Positions 23,483 to 35,926 of a stretch of 64,000 bases of DNA are shown here, one piece after another. The DNA is from Hemiscyllium ocellatum (taxonomy: Eukaryota), in NCBI RefSeq assembly GCF_020745735.1, contig NC_083404.1:89031731-89095730 (forward strand), written 5' to 3'. Position numbers and translations under genes: made by a program. The notes under the pieces were generated by a model, which saw only the letters and a program-made list of their open reading frames with translations, did no database searches and had not been told where the DNA came from. Within the stretch, counting starts at the first letter, position 1, and each line of letters begins with the position of its first letter.

Positions 23483-23518
23483 ATTAACTAGGGATGAATG
23501 TGACTTTTGCAAGTGATC

Positions 23519-23853
23519 CATAGAATCATAGAATCCCTAAAGTGTGGAAGCAAGCCTTTCAGTCCATTGAGTTCACATGACCCTCTGAAGTGCATCCCTC
23601 CAAGACCTACTGCCCACCCTATCCCTGCAACTCTGCATTTCCCATGACTAATCCATCTGCACATCCCTGGATACAATGGGCAGTTTAGCATAACCAGTCC
23701 ATCTAACCTGCACATCTTTGGACTAAGGGAGGAAACTGGAGCACACAGAGAAAACCCATGGAGGCATGGGGAGACTGTGCAAAATCCATACAGTCACCTG
23801 AGGGTGGAATGCAACCTGGGTCACTGGTGCTATGAGACAAACCACTGAGTCAC
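23519..23853 (-). mobile_element. HE1-type SINE
   Basis: (CATAGAAT)n tail, V-domain, degenerate tRNA head. Confidence 0.85.
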
Positions 23854-23999
23854 TTAAGTGCAGTGGTAGACCTTAAGTGAACTGCAGAATAACAAGCACA
23901 TCCTGTGCAGTTACATCAATTGCTAGCACTACATTGCTAGCATTGCATTTTGCCTTTACCACCTCTTTGACTGTCGAATTATCTGAAGTGCGTAACTGC

Positions 24000-24480
24000 T
24001 CTGCTCCTTCTTCTCCAAGATTATGCAAGGTGCAGCATACATGACCATTGAAGTGATCCTGGTTGGTGACTACTAATGGGAGATTCTAGAGATAATTGGA
24101 CACCTGAGGAGCATCCTTTGCCTATTATTGGTCTGTTCCATCTCACATCTGGTGATCATGCAATATTCACCATGTCATTGCTGGACTACATTTTTCAGAA
24201 TAATTAGAGTTATCATCAGCCATTTTTAAGTGAGCTTCCCTTGTCTCTTGTCGCCAACATGGAACTCAAGGATGTTTCAATGATGAAGATGTCAGGGAAG
24301 ATGGATTACTGCAGGCCAAAAATATCACAGCAGCTGTTTGGGAATCTGATGCACACATTTGCATAAACATCTTTTGTCCAGTTATGGAGTGGAAGCCTGG
24401 TACACAAATATTTCCAGCTGACATAAATGTACCTCCATTGTCCCAGTGAACAATGCTTGGCACCTATGAGAAGTCAGCTA
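24000..24480 (-). pseudogene. PIF/Harbinger transposase remnant
   Basis: Minus-strand motifs GFHSI..FMQMCA (ORF 24266..24463), MEQT (~24130-24141) and VCCTLHN (~24020-24040), in the order found in Harbinger DDE transposases. Confidence 0.6.
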
Positions 24481-25564
24481 GGGGCTCAAATTAGAGGTTC
24501 TTATAATTTTGACTAGCATTATGAGTGATAAAGTTGCAATCCTTGAAAAGGAGCCAGTCAGTCAGTTATCTGAGCAGGAGATCTTGTAAATATTTCCAAC
24601 AGAGCTCAGGAGGAAGCTAAATGCAAAAACACAGATGTGGTGATAGCGGGCAGAGTTCTCCCAACCCCTTTGAGGGAGTCTTCAAGTTGGGTTGGTGAAT
24701 AGGAATGTATCACAACACTGCTTTAGGACAGCTCACCAACACTGTCCAGCTTCCAGAAAAGAAACTTGGTGTTGTGGATGGAACAAGGTTGCCATGGCAG
24801 TCCTTCTCAAAGGCCATCAGCCAATTGCTCCAGATAAGACCCCAGTCAAGGGTCATAACCTCATGCTAAAGGAATTTTCCCACCATTGGACAGGCACTGC
24901 AGTTGAACCAGAAGGACAGCAACTACTCAGAGGTGACCTGCTCCCAGGAGGCGAGAGGGTCATCAGAGCCTCCTCTGAAAGCATTAAAGAAGCTGCTAAG
25001 CTGAAATAGTCACAACCATGGTCACAATCATTCCTGTGGAAAGGTTTTCCCTTCCTTACCCCCCCCCACCTCGCCAACAGCTCTGTTCTACAGCAATTTA
25101 AAAGCACCCCCATTTAAGATGAACTCGCACCCAACCTACAATGGGCAGCCATTGTGTGCTGCAGGTGCTCTCATTGAGCCTGCCAGATCACAATCCCATC
25201 TGCATTCTTAATTAGAAGATGAACATGGCATCCATTTGGGGATAATGTCACCCCACAGCCATCAAATACCAGTGAGGTCAGGACCTGGACATGGTGCTTA
25301 TCTGGGATTATTTTGACAGCCGCTGGTCAGATATGGTCACTAGGTGCAGTTTGCAGCAGATCTTGTTCTAATTGATGGTCACTGTTTAATGTGGCACTCT
25401 GAGCCTTTTGAAACACTGGTCTTCTGACATTTTGAAGAAGCTTCACATGTGTTTTTGACCTGATATTGTGGGTATAACCTCTTGTGAACTGCAACTTTCT
25501 GTTGAAGCCTCTCTCCCATGATCAACAGAGTGTTCCTCTGGGATCTTTGTTTCCATTTGAGATG

Positions 25565-25876
25565 AGATTAGATTAGATTCCCTACAGTGTACAAACAGGC
25601 TCTTTCGGCCCAACAAGTCCACACCGACCCTCTGAAGAGTAACCCACTCAGACCCATTTCCCTCAGACTAATGCACCTAACACTGTGGGCAATTTAGCAT
25701 GGCCAATTCACCTGACCTGCACATCTTTGGACTGTGGAAGGAAACCAGACCATCTGGAGGAAACCTATGCAGACATAAAGAGAATGTGCAAACTCCACAT
25801 ATACAGTCACCCTAGGCTGGATTTGAACCCAGGTCCCTGGTGCTGTGAGGCAGCAGTGCTAACCACTGAGCCACCG
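25565..25876 (-). mobile_element. HE1-type SINE, full length
   Basis: (GATTA)n tail, V-domain, tRNA head with A box (TGGCTCAGTGG) and B box (GGTTCAAATCC) on the minus strand. Confidence 0.92.
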
Positions 25877-26513
25877 TCTAAAAGTAAAACATGAGAAGAG
25901 ACATCAGTGGTGACTTGATAGTCAAAAACTCTAGGTCAGATACTCTCAACCAGCCAAGACTAGATAGTACCCCCAAAGTGGGGTAAAGAATCAGCATCTG
26001 TGTTGTGAAGAAACCACTTAATACGAGGAAGTAGGAAAGCAGTTGTGACTACTCGATAACAACTGGTATATTTCTCTGTCATGGATGCAAACTATTCAAT
26101 TATCAATGTTTTCTCACCTTCCATTCACTGGTGAGTTCCAGGAAACATCAGGAAAGCTCCAAAGGTTAAATTGCAAAGCTTACATTAATATTGAGTGATT
26201 AAGAGATCTCAATTAACTTTCCTAATGGGATTGAATGCATATAGTGCAATGTACTGCAGTCAAATATGAAAATCAATGGGTTGGAATTGGCTTCCTGACA
26301 TATACAAAATTGTTTCCGTTTCAGTCTCCCCAATTGAATGAAATGTGTTTTTATATGAACTTTTTGTGTGTCTCTCCCTGGAGATATATACAGGTTGACT
26401 GTTTGAAAAGTACACTGTAACTGAGCCTGTTAACAGAAACTAGATGCCATTGAACAGAACCAGATGCTAAATTAGCGGAAGTTGCCACTGTAAAGCCAAC
26501 AATGAGATTGACT

Positions 26514-26893
26514 CATAGAAGTAAACAGCACAGAAACAGACCCTTTAGCCGAACTCATCCATGCTGACCAGACATTTCAAGTTAATCTAGTCCCATTTGC
26601 CAGCATTTGGCCCATATCCCTCTAAAACTTTCTATTCATGTACCCATCCAGATGCCTTTTAAAAGTTGTAATTGTACCAGCCTTCCCCACTTCCTCTGGG
26701 AGATCATTCCACATACGTACCACCTTCTGTGTGAAAAAAGTTCTCCCTTAAATCCCTTTTAAATCTTTCCCCTCCCACCTAAAACCCATGCCCACCAGTT
26801 TTAGACTCCCGCCACCCTTGGGAAAAGACCTTGTCTATCTACACTAACTATGCCCCTCATGATTTTATAAACCTCAACAAAGTCACCGCTCAG
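26514..26893 (-). mobile_element. CR1 3' end (family A)
   Basis: Similar to 2890-3220 and 3633-3690. Confidence 0.85.
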
Positions 26894-26894
26894 T

Positions 26895-27946
26895 TCTGGA
26901 TGTTGGCTTGCTCACTGAGCTGGAAGATTCGTTTTCAGAAGTTTCATCACCATACTAGATAACATCTTCAATGAGCATCTTCTATTTATATGTTTGAATT
27001 TTGTAGGATTGGTGATGTAATTCCTGTGGTTACATCATTTCTTATGGTGGTGTCATTTCCTGTTCTTTTTCCCAGGGAGTGGTCAACGGGTTCCGAGTCA
27101 ATGTATTTGTTGATAGACTTCCATTTGGATTGCCATGCTTCTAGGAATTTTCATGCATGTCTCTATTTGGCCTGTCCTAGGATGGCTGTGTTGTCCCAGT
27201 CGAAGTGATGTCCTTCCTCATCCATATATAAGGCTATTAGTGAGAGAGGGTCATGTCGTTTTGTGGCTAGTTGGTGTTCATGCATCCTGGTGGCTAGTTT
27301 TCTGCCTGTTTGTCCAATGTAGTGTTTGTTACAGTTGTTGCATGAAACAAATTAGAGGAAACATTCAAAACTATCAATAATACCCTTACTGGCATAAAAT
27401 TCATGAAAGAGGAGGAAAATAACAACAAACTGCCATTCCTAGACATCGTGGTAAAGCGAACAACCAATGGAGAACTTCAAATCAGCGTCTACAGGAAAAT
27501 ATACGGACCAAATATTGAACCACAGAAGAAATCAACCTAACATCCACAAATGAAGCTGAATTAGAACATTATTTCAATGAGCCACCACACACAGCAGCAC
27601 AGAGGAACTATGCAGAGCAGAGGAAAATCACCTATACAATGTATTCAAAAAGAACGGGTACCCAATTAACACAGTCTGCTGATCTCTGAGCAATAAACCC
27701 AAACAAGCAGACAAAACATGTCCGGAGACTCTAACCACTCTCCACTACATCAAAGACATCTCAGGAATGACTGCTGGACCACTCAGACCCTTTGGCATCG
27801 TGGTAACTCACAAACCCACCAGCACACTAAAACAGTAGCTAATGAACTTGAAAGACCCTATACTGACAACAAACAAAACTAATGTCATTTATAAAATACC
27901 TTGCAAGAACTGTAACAAACACTATATTTGGACAACAGGCAGAAAA
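26895..27946. mobile_element. Penelope-like element (Poseidon-like) with 5' inversion
   Basis: Minus arm 26895-27342: CNKHYIGQTGRKLATRMHEHQLA (GIY-YIG) and terminus; plus arm ~27345-27946: KEEENNNKLPFLDIVV..VYRK..FKKNGYP..NVIYKIPCKNC. Confidence 0.85.
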
Positions 27947-28520
27947 TGAGCCTTCCACACCTGACAGAAATTTACCTGTACTTCCATACACATCATCCAT
28001 TGTATCCATTGCACCCGATGTGATCTCCTCTACATTGGGGAGACAGGATGCCAACTTATGGGTTGTTTCAGTGAACATCTCTGGGACACCTGCACCCACC
28101 AACCCTACCACTCCGTGGCTGAACTCTTTAACTTCCCCTCCCATTTCACCAACGACATGCAGGTCCTGGGCCTCTTCCATCGATAAACCCTAACCACCTG
28201 ACGCCTGGAGGAAGACTACCTCATCCTCCATTGGGACCCTCAAACCACATGGGATCAATGTGGATTTCACCAGTTTCCTCACTTCCGCTCCACCCCACCT
28301 TATCCCAGTCCCAAGCCGCCAACTCTGCACCTCCCTCTTGATCTGTCCATCTTCCTTCCCACCTATCCGCTCTACCCTCCTCTCCGACCTATCACTTTCC
28401 CCCCCACCTTCATCGACATATCAACTACCTTCAGCCCCAGCCTCACCCCCTCCCATTTATCTCTCGGCCCACAAGCCTCATTCCTGATGAAGGGCTTATG
28501 CCTGAAACGTTGAGTCTCCT
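27947..28520 (+). mobile_element. Neptune-like PLE GIY-YIG and 3' UTR
   Basis: CTCCTCTACATTGGGGAGACAGGA (LLYIGETG), C-rich UTR and terminus as in 21899-22600. Confidence 0.88.
28484..28511 (+). ncRNA. Minimal hammerhead ribozyme motif
   Basis: CTGATGA-A-GGGC-TTAT-GCCT-GAAAC-GTT. Confidence 0.65.
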
Positions 28521-28691
28521 TGTCCCCATATTCTAAATTCCAGTCCTTTATAACGTTATCAGCCCTGTTGTAGGCAGCATTGTGATTGTAATACCATTTG
28601 AATAGTATAAAAGTTATTGGGAAAAAAAGATGCTCAAAACACTGCATTGTTGGAGATGTCTTCCAAGTGAGATTTATTTTACACTGGAGAC

Positions 28692-28750
28692 AAAATAAAG
28701 TAAAATATTGCAGATGCTGGAAATCTGAAACAAAGATAGAGAAGGCAGCA
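28692..28750 (-). mobile_element. PLE-terminus-derived fragment
   Basis: AAAATATTGCAGATGCTGGAAATCTGAAACAAA, as at 11535 and 16780; a related eroded inverted pair lies at ~29110-29305. Confidence 0.5.
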
Positions 28751-31059
28751 AATACCTATAATTTTCTATTTTATGCTGAATGAAGGCTAGGTATCTTGTC
28801 TTTAGGGAGAGCTCACAAAATGAACAGGCTAACTTTAAATTCAAGTTATCATATGCTAATATACAAAATTCTACTCTAATTGTTCTTAGTGATTTAAAAT
28901 GTTTCTGTCAATACAATTTCATCACAAAGAAGGGACCTCCGTAACAATTGTTCTGGAAATCCTTCTGTAGTCTGCTCCTTATCAGCCACATTTTAATTGC
29001 AAACATCAAAGACTATCAGAAGAAAATTCCTTCCTATTTGTTCATCCTCTTCATGTAATCTTCTGTTACCAACTGCGACAAACCTTTAAGCAAGGAAAGT
29101 ACAACTAAGAATGAAATAAAAACCGAAAATAACTCAACTGATCAGACAGCACAGGTAGAAGCAAAGTTAAATGATTTAGGCCACTTAATTCCTCAAGATA
29201 AAAGGACATCAATCAGGAATGGTAACTCTGTTTCTCTGTGCAGACCTGCCGAATGTATTCTGCTGTTCTTTCTAATTCCTGACATCTATGGTATTTTGCT
29301 GTTATTCCAGTGAAGTATGGTTAGATGTACCTCATTAAGATGAAGGGAACACAATGAAAAGTTTGGAAGATGTTTACTGCTACTAAGATGAGATGGCAAA
29401 TGTCCAAGTCTGCATTAATTTCTAGCTTGCACTGCCCCATTGAATCAGAATGTGTTTTTTACAAGTGGACCCCAATTAGTCGAAGCATTGCTATGGAGAA
29501 TGAGCCAGGCAATAGTTCCCCCAAAGCTTTTGCTGAAATATTAAAAGAACCAAGTCGACCCTGGATGGTTGAGGTGTATCATGGGTAACGCATCAGTGAC
29601 CCCCAAACTCCTTCTCTCACTTTTCTTATGTAGTACAAATTGTTGTTCCTTGAAAATTTGGTCTATTATAGCTGTGTTCTAAGCGTAAGATGTCAAGCTT
29701 CAACAGCATGTGTCTTTTTCCAGCAACATTTGTGACACTGACTTTAAGGACATGATAACTGCTGTATGAACCAGGGAGAAAGGTGAGAGTTAAAAAGGGA
29801 ACACATCATTACCACCTTAAGGGTTATTGTTAATTTTACATGTTGCCTGATGCATGTTGACAGTATAGTGGGAGAATCAGTGACAAATAAGAAAACATTG
29901 TCAGTGTTACGTTATTGGAAAATCATAGGATGCTCTGCTCTTTAATTCAAATGTAAGGAAGCATGTCCCTGAATACTTAACATGCATAACCACAACAAGA
30001 GCACGTTCATACAAATACTTAAGAAACTGTTTTCTCTAATATCCTTGAATATCCGTCCAGAATCTTTGGTATACTGTGCAGCAATTCTCTTGTAGGTTTT
30101 AGCTCCTATATGTGATTAGTTTTGTTGCATGTATATAAATCAAATGGAAGGAAGGAGAAATGCAATCATAAATATTAAAATATTCTGGTCAGGCAATGAC
30201 TTTTGCTTTAATAATTAATATTAACATATTGAACAAATGTTTGCTTTTGTCATTTTCTTTCTTGTAATTTATTATTGCACCTTGATAAACATAAATAAAG
30301 AAATCAAAAGCTTTATGTAGATTTTTCAATAGTATGGACAATACAGATGCTGAGAAAACAGAAATATGCTATTTATTAGCACATGCAAAGAGTTTGTTAG
30401 TTTTACTCAATCAACACCAATTCTTTCTGCTCAAATATTGCTCTTTATGCTAGCTTTCTTGACATACATTGCACTTTCTCCCCCCAAGGTGTGAAATATG
30501 AGCATTGTTGTTGAAGTTATGTTTGATTTTAAACACTGATTACCTGAGTCATTTTGATGCAGCCATTGCATGTATCTAATTTATTTTGGTTATGGATTCT
30601 TCAATACACAGTTACTCTGTTATTTGCAGCAAATCTTTTTGTCCTGTTGTTAACTAAAAACAATTTAATGATTATTAATGATTGCTTGCCTGGAAATCCT
30701 GTCCATGTTTATGTTTGACTCACGGATAATGTGTAACCTTATTTTTCTTCAAAATATTGCAAATGATAATTTTAGAAACATTAGAAAAGCCATGCCCACA
30801 TTAATATTACGCGTAGCAATACCAAGAAAGTTTTAAACAACAGCTGCACTCATTTAATCATTTGCGAAGCCTCACACTATTATCTTTTATCAATTTGCAT
30901 AGTTGAAAAAAAACAAGCATAGTATTATCAAGGCATGAATCACATTCAAAGCATTGTGTTCATGAGCAACTACATGATGTTGGTTATAAGATTGGTTACA
31001 AATATGCTCAAATTGTCTCAGACATCTTCAAAACACTCAGTTTGAGTTTGAAAGACCCA

Positions 31060-31497
31060 AGGAATGTCTGTAGTGCATTTCCAAAGGATGTCCCATAGCG
31101 CCTCACAGGAGCTTTATAAAATTATGTGATACCGAACCATATGAGGAAATATGGAAGAAACTGAGGTAAAGGTGAAAAGATCTAGAAAGGAAATTTCAGA
31201 GCTTGGGATCTGCACAACTGAAAGATGGGCCATCAACTTTGGAGCAATTACACTTTGGAATGTACATGATAGCAGAATGAGAGAAGAGCTGGAATGTCAG
31301 AAGGTTATAGGATTGGAGCAGGGTCCAGAGATAGGGAGGGGCAAGACCATGAAGGGATTTGGAAACTTGGGCGAGAATGTTAAAAGTATGACTTTGTTTG
31401 GCTGGTAGATGTGTAAGACAGAAAACTCATCAGTGAATCGGATTTTACTGCAAATTAAGATATTAGCAGCAGAATTATGAAAGACCTCAAAATTAGA
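31060..31497 (-). mobile_element. Highly decayed L2-like LINE 3' end
   Basis: GGATGTCCCATAGCGCCTCACAGG tail motif followed by a purine-rich antisense LINE tract. Confidence 0.45.
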
Positions 31498-32110
31498 GTT
31501 AAAAATCACACAACACTAGGTTATGGCCTATCAGTTTTATTTGGAAGCACTAGCTTTTGGAGCACTGCTCCTTCAATAGGTGGTTGTGGAGAATAAGATT
31601 GTAAGGCACAGAATTTGTACTTGCAGAATTACATTTTACATTGCTCAAAAACTGCATGAATCCATGTAAGATTCTGTAAATCCATTTTTTAGATTAGAAT
31701 CAGTCTGACCACTGTGGCATAGACAGTCTCACACAGGAAATCCCATACCTTCAATGCATTATCTGAGCCAACATGACACCAATTGTTAAAGTTCCCTTGA
31801 GAATGTAACTTTTTTTAAAAAAAGTTTTGTGATTTACATATGAAACAACTGAAACCAACATGGTCATTCTAAAAGATGAGAGACTTAACAAACAATCCAA
31901 GTCTTTTTCATTATATATAATTTCAGTTACGTTACACTGTAAACATTTGCTATAAATTCTGTGCCTTACAATATTATTCTTCACAACCACATGATGAAGG
32001 AGCAGCGCTCTAAAAGCTAGAGCTTCTGAATAAACCCATTGGACTATAACCTGATGTTGTGTGATTTTTAATTTTGTACACTCCAGTCCAACACCAGCAT
32101 CTCCAAATCA
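31498..32110 (+). mobile_element. Non-coding PLE terminus (third family) with inverted 5' copy
   Basis: ~115-bp inverted arms 31501-31616 and 31954-32069; degenerate core (A)TGATGAAGGAGCAGCGCTCTAAAAGCTA; same family as 42194-42932. Confidence 0.8.
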
Positions 32111-32146
32111 AGATTAGATTGACAAAATAAGAGAAACCAGCTATAA

Positions 32147-32733
32147 GGTAAAAACAAGGGCTGCAGATGCTGGAAACCAGAGTCTAGATTAGAGTGGTGC
32201 TGGAAAAGCACAGCTGATCCAGCAGCATCCGAGGAGCAGGAAAATCGACGTTTTGGGCAAAAGCCCTTCATCAGGAATAGAGGCAGGGTGCCTGCAGAAT
32301 GGAGAGATAAATGAGAGGGGGGTGGGGGTGGGGAGAAAGTAGCATAGAGTACAATAGGTGAGTGGGGGTGGGGATAGAGGTGATAGGTCAGAGAGGAGGG
32401 TGGAGTGGTTAGGTGGAAAGGAAGATAGGCAGGTAGGACAGGTCATGGGGATGGTGCTGAGCTGGAAGGTTGAAGTTGGGATGAGGTGGGGGAAGGGGAA
32501 ATGAGGAAACTGGTGAAATCCAAATTGATGCCATGGGGTTGAAGTGTTCCAAGGCGGAAGATGAGGCATTCTTCCTCCAGGCGTTGGGTGGTGAGGGAGC
32601 GGCAGTGGAGGAGGCCCAGGACCTGCATGCCTTTGGCAGAGCAGGAGGGGGATTTGAAATGTTGGGCCACAGGGCGGTGGGGTTGATGTTCCCTAAAGTG
32701 CTCTGCTAGGAGGCATCCAGTCTTCCCAATGTA
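32147..32733 (-). mobile_element. Neptune-like PLE 3' fragment
   Basis: ORF 32443..32850: YIGKTG..EHF..VAQHF..RLEEECLIFRLGTLQPHGIN; terminus with mutated hammerhead (CAAAAC) at 32247-32274. Confidence 0.9.
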
Positions 32734-34749
32734 ACTATGCAAATTAGAACAGTGTGGATGAACAATTTGTGAGAAGAGACAGAGCAAGGGAAAGAGGGGA
32801 GCAGGCAAAAGGGAACACATAAACACAAAAATAAAGAGAATGAGGTGCAAAGTGAATAAAAGATGGCTTTAAAAAAAGCATTGTGCCAAAGAACGTTTAT
32901 TTCCTAGAATCTCTGCTTGGGACCATGTCTCTGTATTTGCTCCATTTACATGGTGTGTGGTGATGATAAAGCAGTTCATTTATATTGAGCAATTTTAATC
33001 AAGCTCTCTGACAAAATAAAATTTCAACTGTGGACAACTGAGAGGGAAGTCAGATTTCAACAGTTAAAGCTAAGGTTTATGATGCACTTAATTTTGTTAC
33101 ATTAGTTCATTGTTACCACCAATGAATAAAAACATAACTTCTGCTTTGCAATTAGAATGAAAACACAAAGCAGTTTTCCTGCAATCAAGTTAACCTGTTC
33201 ATCATTTTCCAAGGCAGCCCTACTATTCAAAACCTTCTTAGAAGTTGTCTGCATGAGTCAGTAAGATCAACAATATCCATATGTTAATTATTAAACAAAA
33301 TGAGATGTGGTGAACTGTGTTATCAGCCCAGGAAAAGCACACTTCCATTTTCAAATATTTTACCATTTAATCAACTTAAATAAGCAAATCAGATCAATAT
33401 AAAATTACAAAATAAAATTCCAGTAACTTTGGGTTTTACTAAAAGCATTTTTTTGTAGCTAAGGTCTGAAAGGTAAGTGTAATTTTTTGAAGTTAGCAAA
33501 TATCCCTTGATATTGTTCATGGATATTCAGACTCTCCAACAGCACTGCTATTCATTTCCCATTCACATAATGGAAATTATGCCAGCCAATGTAATTCCTG
33601 CACCTGTGCCCTTAGCAACACTGCGCAGAGAACTCAACTGCATCCTGCGTGCAGTATCTTTTGATATTGTATGTGATTAAAATTTAAACACCAGATATCT
33701 AGCATCTACAAACACTTGTAATCTTTTGTTTGATGCATTGCAAAATTTACAGCTGAATAACAGACTGTGAAATAATAGCATCCTGAGAACTCTGCACTGC
33801 AATTTTACCACACCAGTTGTCTCAATGCATTGCTCCAAAATGATGAAGCCTAGACAACAAGTGGCAAGCCGGAGAAAAGGTTGTACAGTTTTTACCATCA
33901 CTATCTTAGATGTAGTGTAGGCATTTCTTAGCTGGGTAAGTCATCAATTCTTGTGTCTTGGAGCTAATTCCACCAGCAGACACTGCAAACCAGTGAAAAC
34001 TAAGCTGGCTCAGCAGCATTCATTGAATTGACAATGACCGAAGGTGCGAAGGTTTTCTGCATGGTGAATTGGTGATAGGGTCACAAGCTACTGGGTGTCC
34101 ATTCTTTAAATTCAAAGACACCTGCAACTGAGATTTTAAGATGGTATAAATTGTCTCCCAGTTGAGTTTCAGTCATTGATGGCTGTGACCTCTGCAGGCT
34201 GTTAGGAAGGGCATTGGAAGAGGAGAGCAGAAATGAAATGCACAGGTTTTGAGAAGAGGGCTCAGAAACAAAAAAAAAGATGCTAGCACACCCTACAGCT
34301 TCTAAACACACTACCTTCCTCTAGAATAAATATGGCAGAGATTGCCTTAAGAATGGGACTCCTGAACCACATCAGATAATGCTGATCTATCAGGTCAGCC
34401 CATTCTAGACCAAGTTCCACTGTCTAACCATTCACATCAGCCCCCTTCCCCACCAATCTGATCCACATAACCAAGTTACAGATGGGTTCTGGATATTTGG
34501 ATGGATTCAGAGGTAAATCCCTGGTGATATCTACTCTTGGAAATTCCAGCAATCACTATTTTAAACAGGCATACATTCGTAATCAAAAGTTCCTGATAAG
34601 ATGTTCTCTTAATCTTACAAATATAACTAGGCCAATGGCAGGCTGAAAGTCTATGACTAGCATTAATTTGCCTGTTTTGAAGATTGCTTTGTATCTGTAA
34701 CAATGCCATGCTTCGAAGTGTGGCAGCAGGGGTGGGATAGGTGCATTCT

Positions 34750-35000
34750 TAGAGTCAAAGACCCTTCAGTCCAACTCATCCATGCCAACCAGATACCCTA
34801 ACCTAATCCCATTTGCCAACACTTGGCCCATATCCCTCTAAACCCTTCCTAATCATGTACCCATCTAGATGCCTTTTAAATGTTGTAATTGTACCAGCCT
34901 CCACCACTTCTTCTGGCAGTTCATTCCATACACACAACACCTTTTGGGTGAATAAGTTGCTCTGTAGGTCCCTTGTTAAATCTTTCTCTTCTTACCTTTT
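34750..35000 (-). mobile_element. CR1 3' end (family A)
   Basis: GACCCTTCAGTCCAACTCATCCATGCC..GGCCCATATCCCTCTAAACCC, as at 2925-3150. Confidence 0.85.
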
Positions 35001-35265
35001 TAGGTGTATGCGTACTAGCAGAGCTCCTGTGACTTTGCTCTTTAGTTGTTGTTTGTTGTACAGTTACAATTTTTTAAAACATTTTAGCATGTCCCTTTAA
35101 CATGTTCCACTTAATAAGCCAATGTAGATAATTATGGCTATCTTTAAACTACAGAAATCAATGAGAGGGTATGTTTATCTATGAGGGATAGCAAGCTGAA
35201 GAGTCACATCTGGTATTAACTTTCCTCTGTTCCAGTAAACAAGATCTCCCATTCTAAAACCAATA

Positions 35266-35440
35266 CAGAGAAACCTCGATTACCCTAGAGGACATGGGCA
35301 GGGAGTATTTCATTTGGCTAAGCGAATTCCGGATAATTGAATGCCGGCTAACATAGTGTAGCCAAGCATCGGGACCTTGCAATCTTGTTGGATAATCCAA
35401 TATTCAGATAATTGAATGCCAGATTATCGAGGTTCCTCTG
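35266..35440. mobile_element. Tc1/mariner-pogo-type MITE (second copy, opposite orientation)
   Basis: TA-CAGAGAAACCTCGATTA...TTATCGAGGTTCCTCTG-TA; internal AGCCAAGCATCGGGACCTT is the inverse of 9721-9739. Confidence 0.9.
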
Positions 35441-35758
35441 TATTGAACAAAAATCAAGCAACAGAAGATTATTGCTGAGTAACTAAACAGTGGAAATGAT
35501 CAGGTTTCGAGGGAATAGATGCAATTAACCATGGAGATATTTGTAGATGGGGATGAATTAATCATCACAATCAGGACGAAGTTCAGTGAGAATAGGAGTG
35601 CATGGGAATGGTTTACTTGTGAAAGGTTCAGAACTGCTGCAGGTTTAAGTGGGAGGTAATGGAAATCCAGCCAGAAAGGCATATGACTCTGGCAGCAACA
35701 TAAGGTGCATGGAGGTTTCACAGATCATTGAGGAAGTTCATGATCCCACTTCCCTGAA

Positions 35759-35926
35759 CCATTTATCTTTCCACCCTGCAGGCACTCTGCCTCTATTCCC
35801 GATAAAGGGCTTTTGCCTGAAACGTCGATTTTTCTGCTCCTCAGATGCTGACTGACCTGCTGTGCGATCGAGCAACACTCTAATCTAGAATCTGGTTTCC
35901 AACATCTGCAGTCCTTATTTTTACCT
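35759..35926 (+). mobile_element. PLE terminus fragment
   Basis: Reverse complement of 32147-32312; hammerhead box mutated (CCGATAA). CCCTGAACCA occurs on both sides (35752-61 and 35928-37), a likely TSD. Confidence 0.85.

Noticed and set aside
29380-29830. Possible exon (CCAG|CAAC...GAAAG|GTGAGA) or unknown repeat
   Set aside because: No recognisable product and no second copy in the window; it cannot be classified.
33880-34740. Harbinger Myb/SANT ORF remnant; similar GC-richer blocks at 35560-36680, 55310-55500 and 63620-64000
   Set aside because: Probably old DNA-transposon relics, but the motifs are too eroded to support a call.
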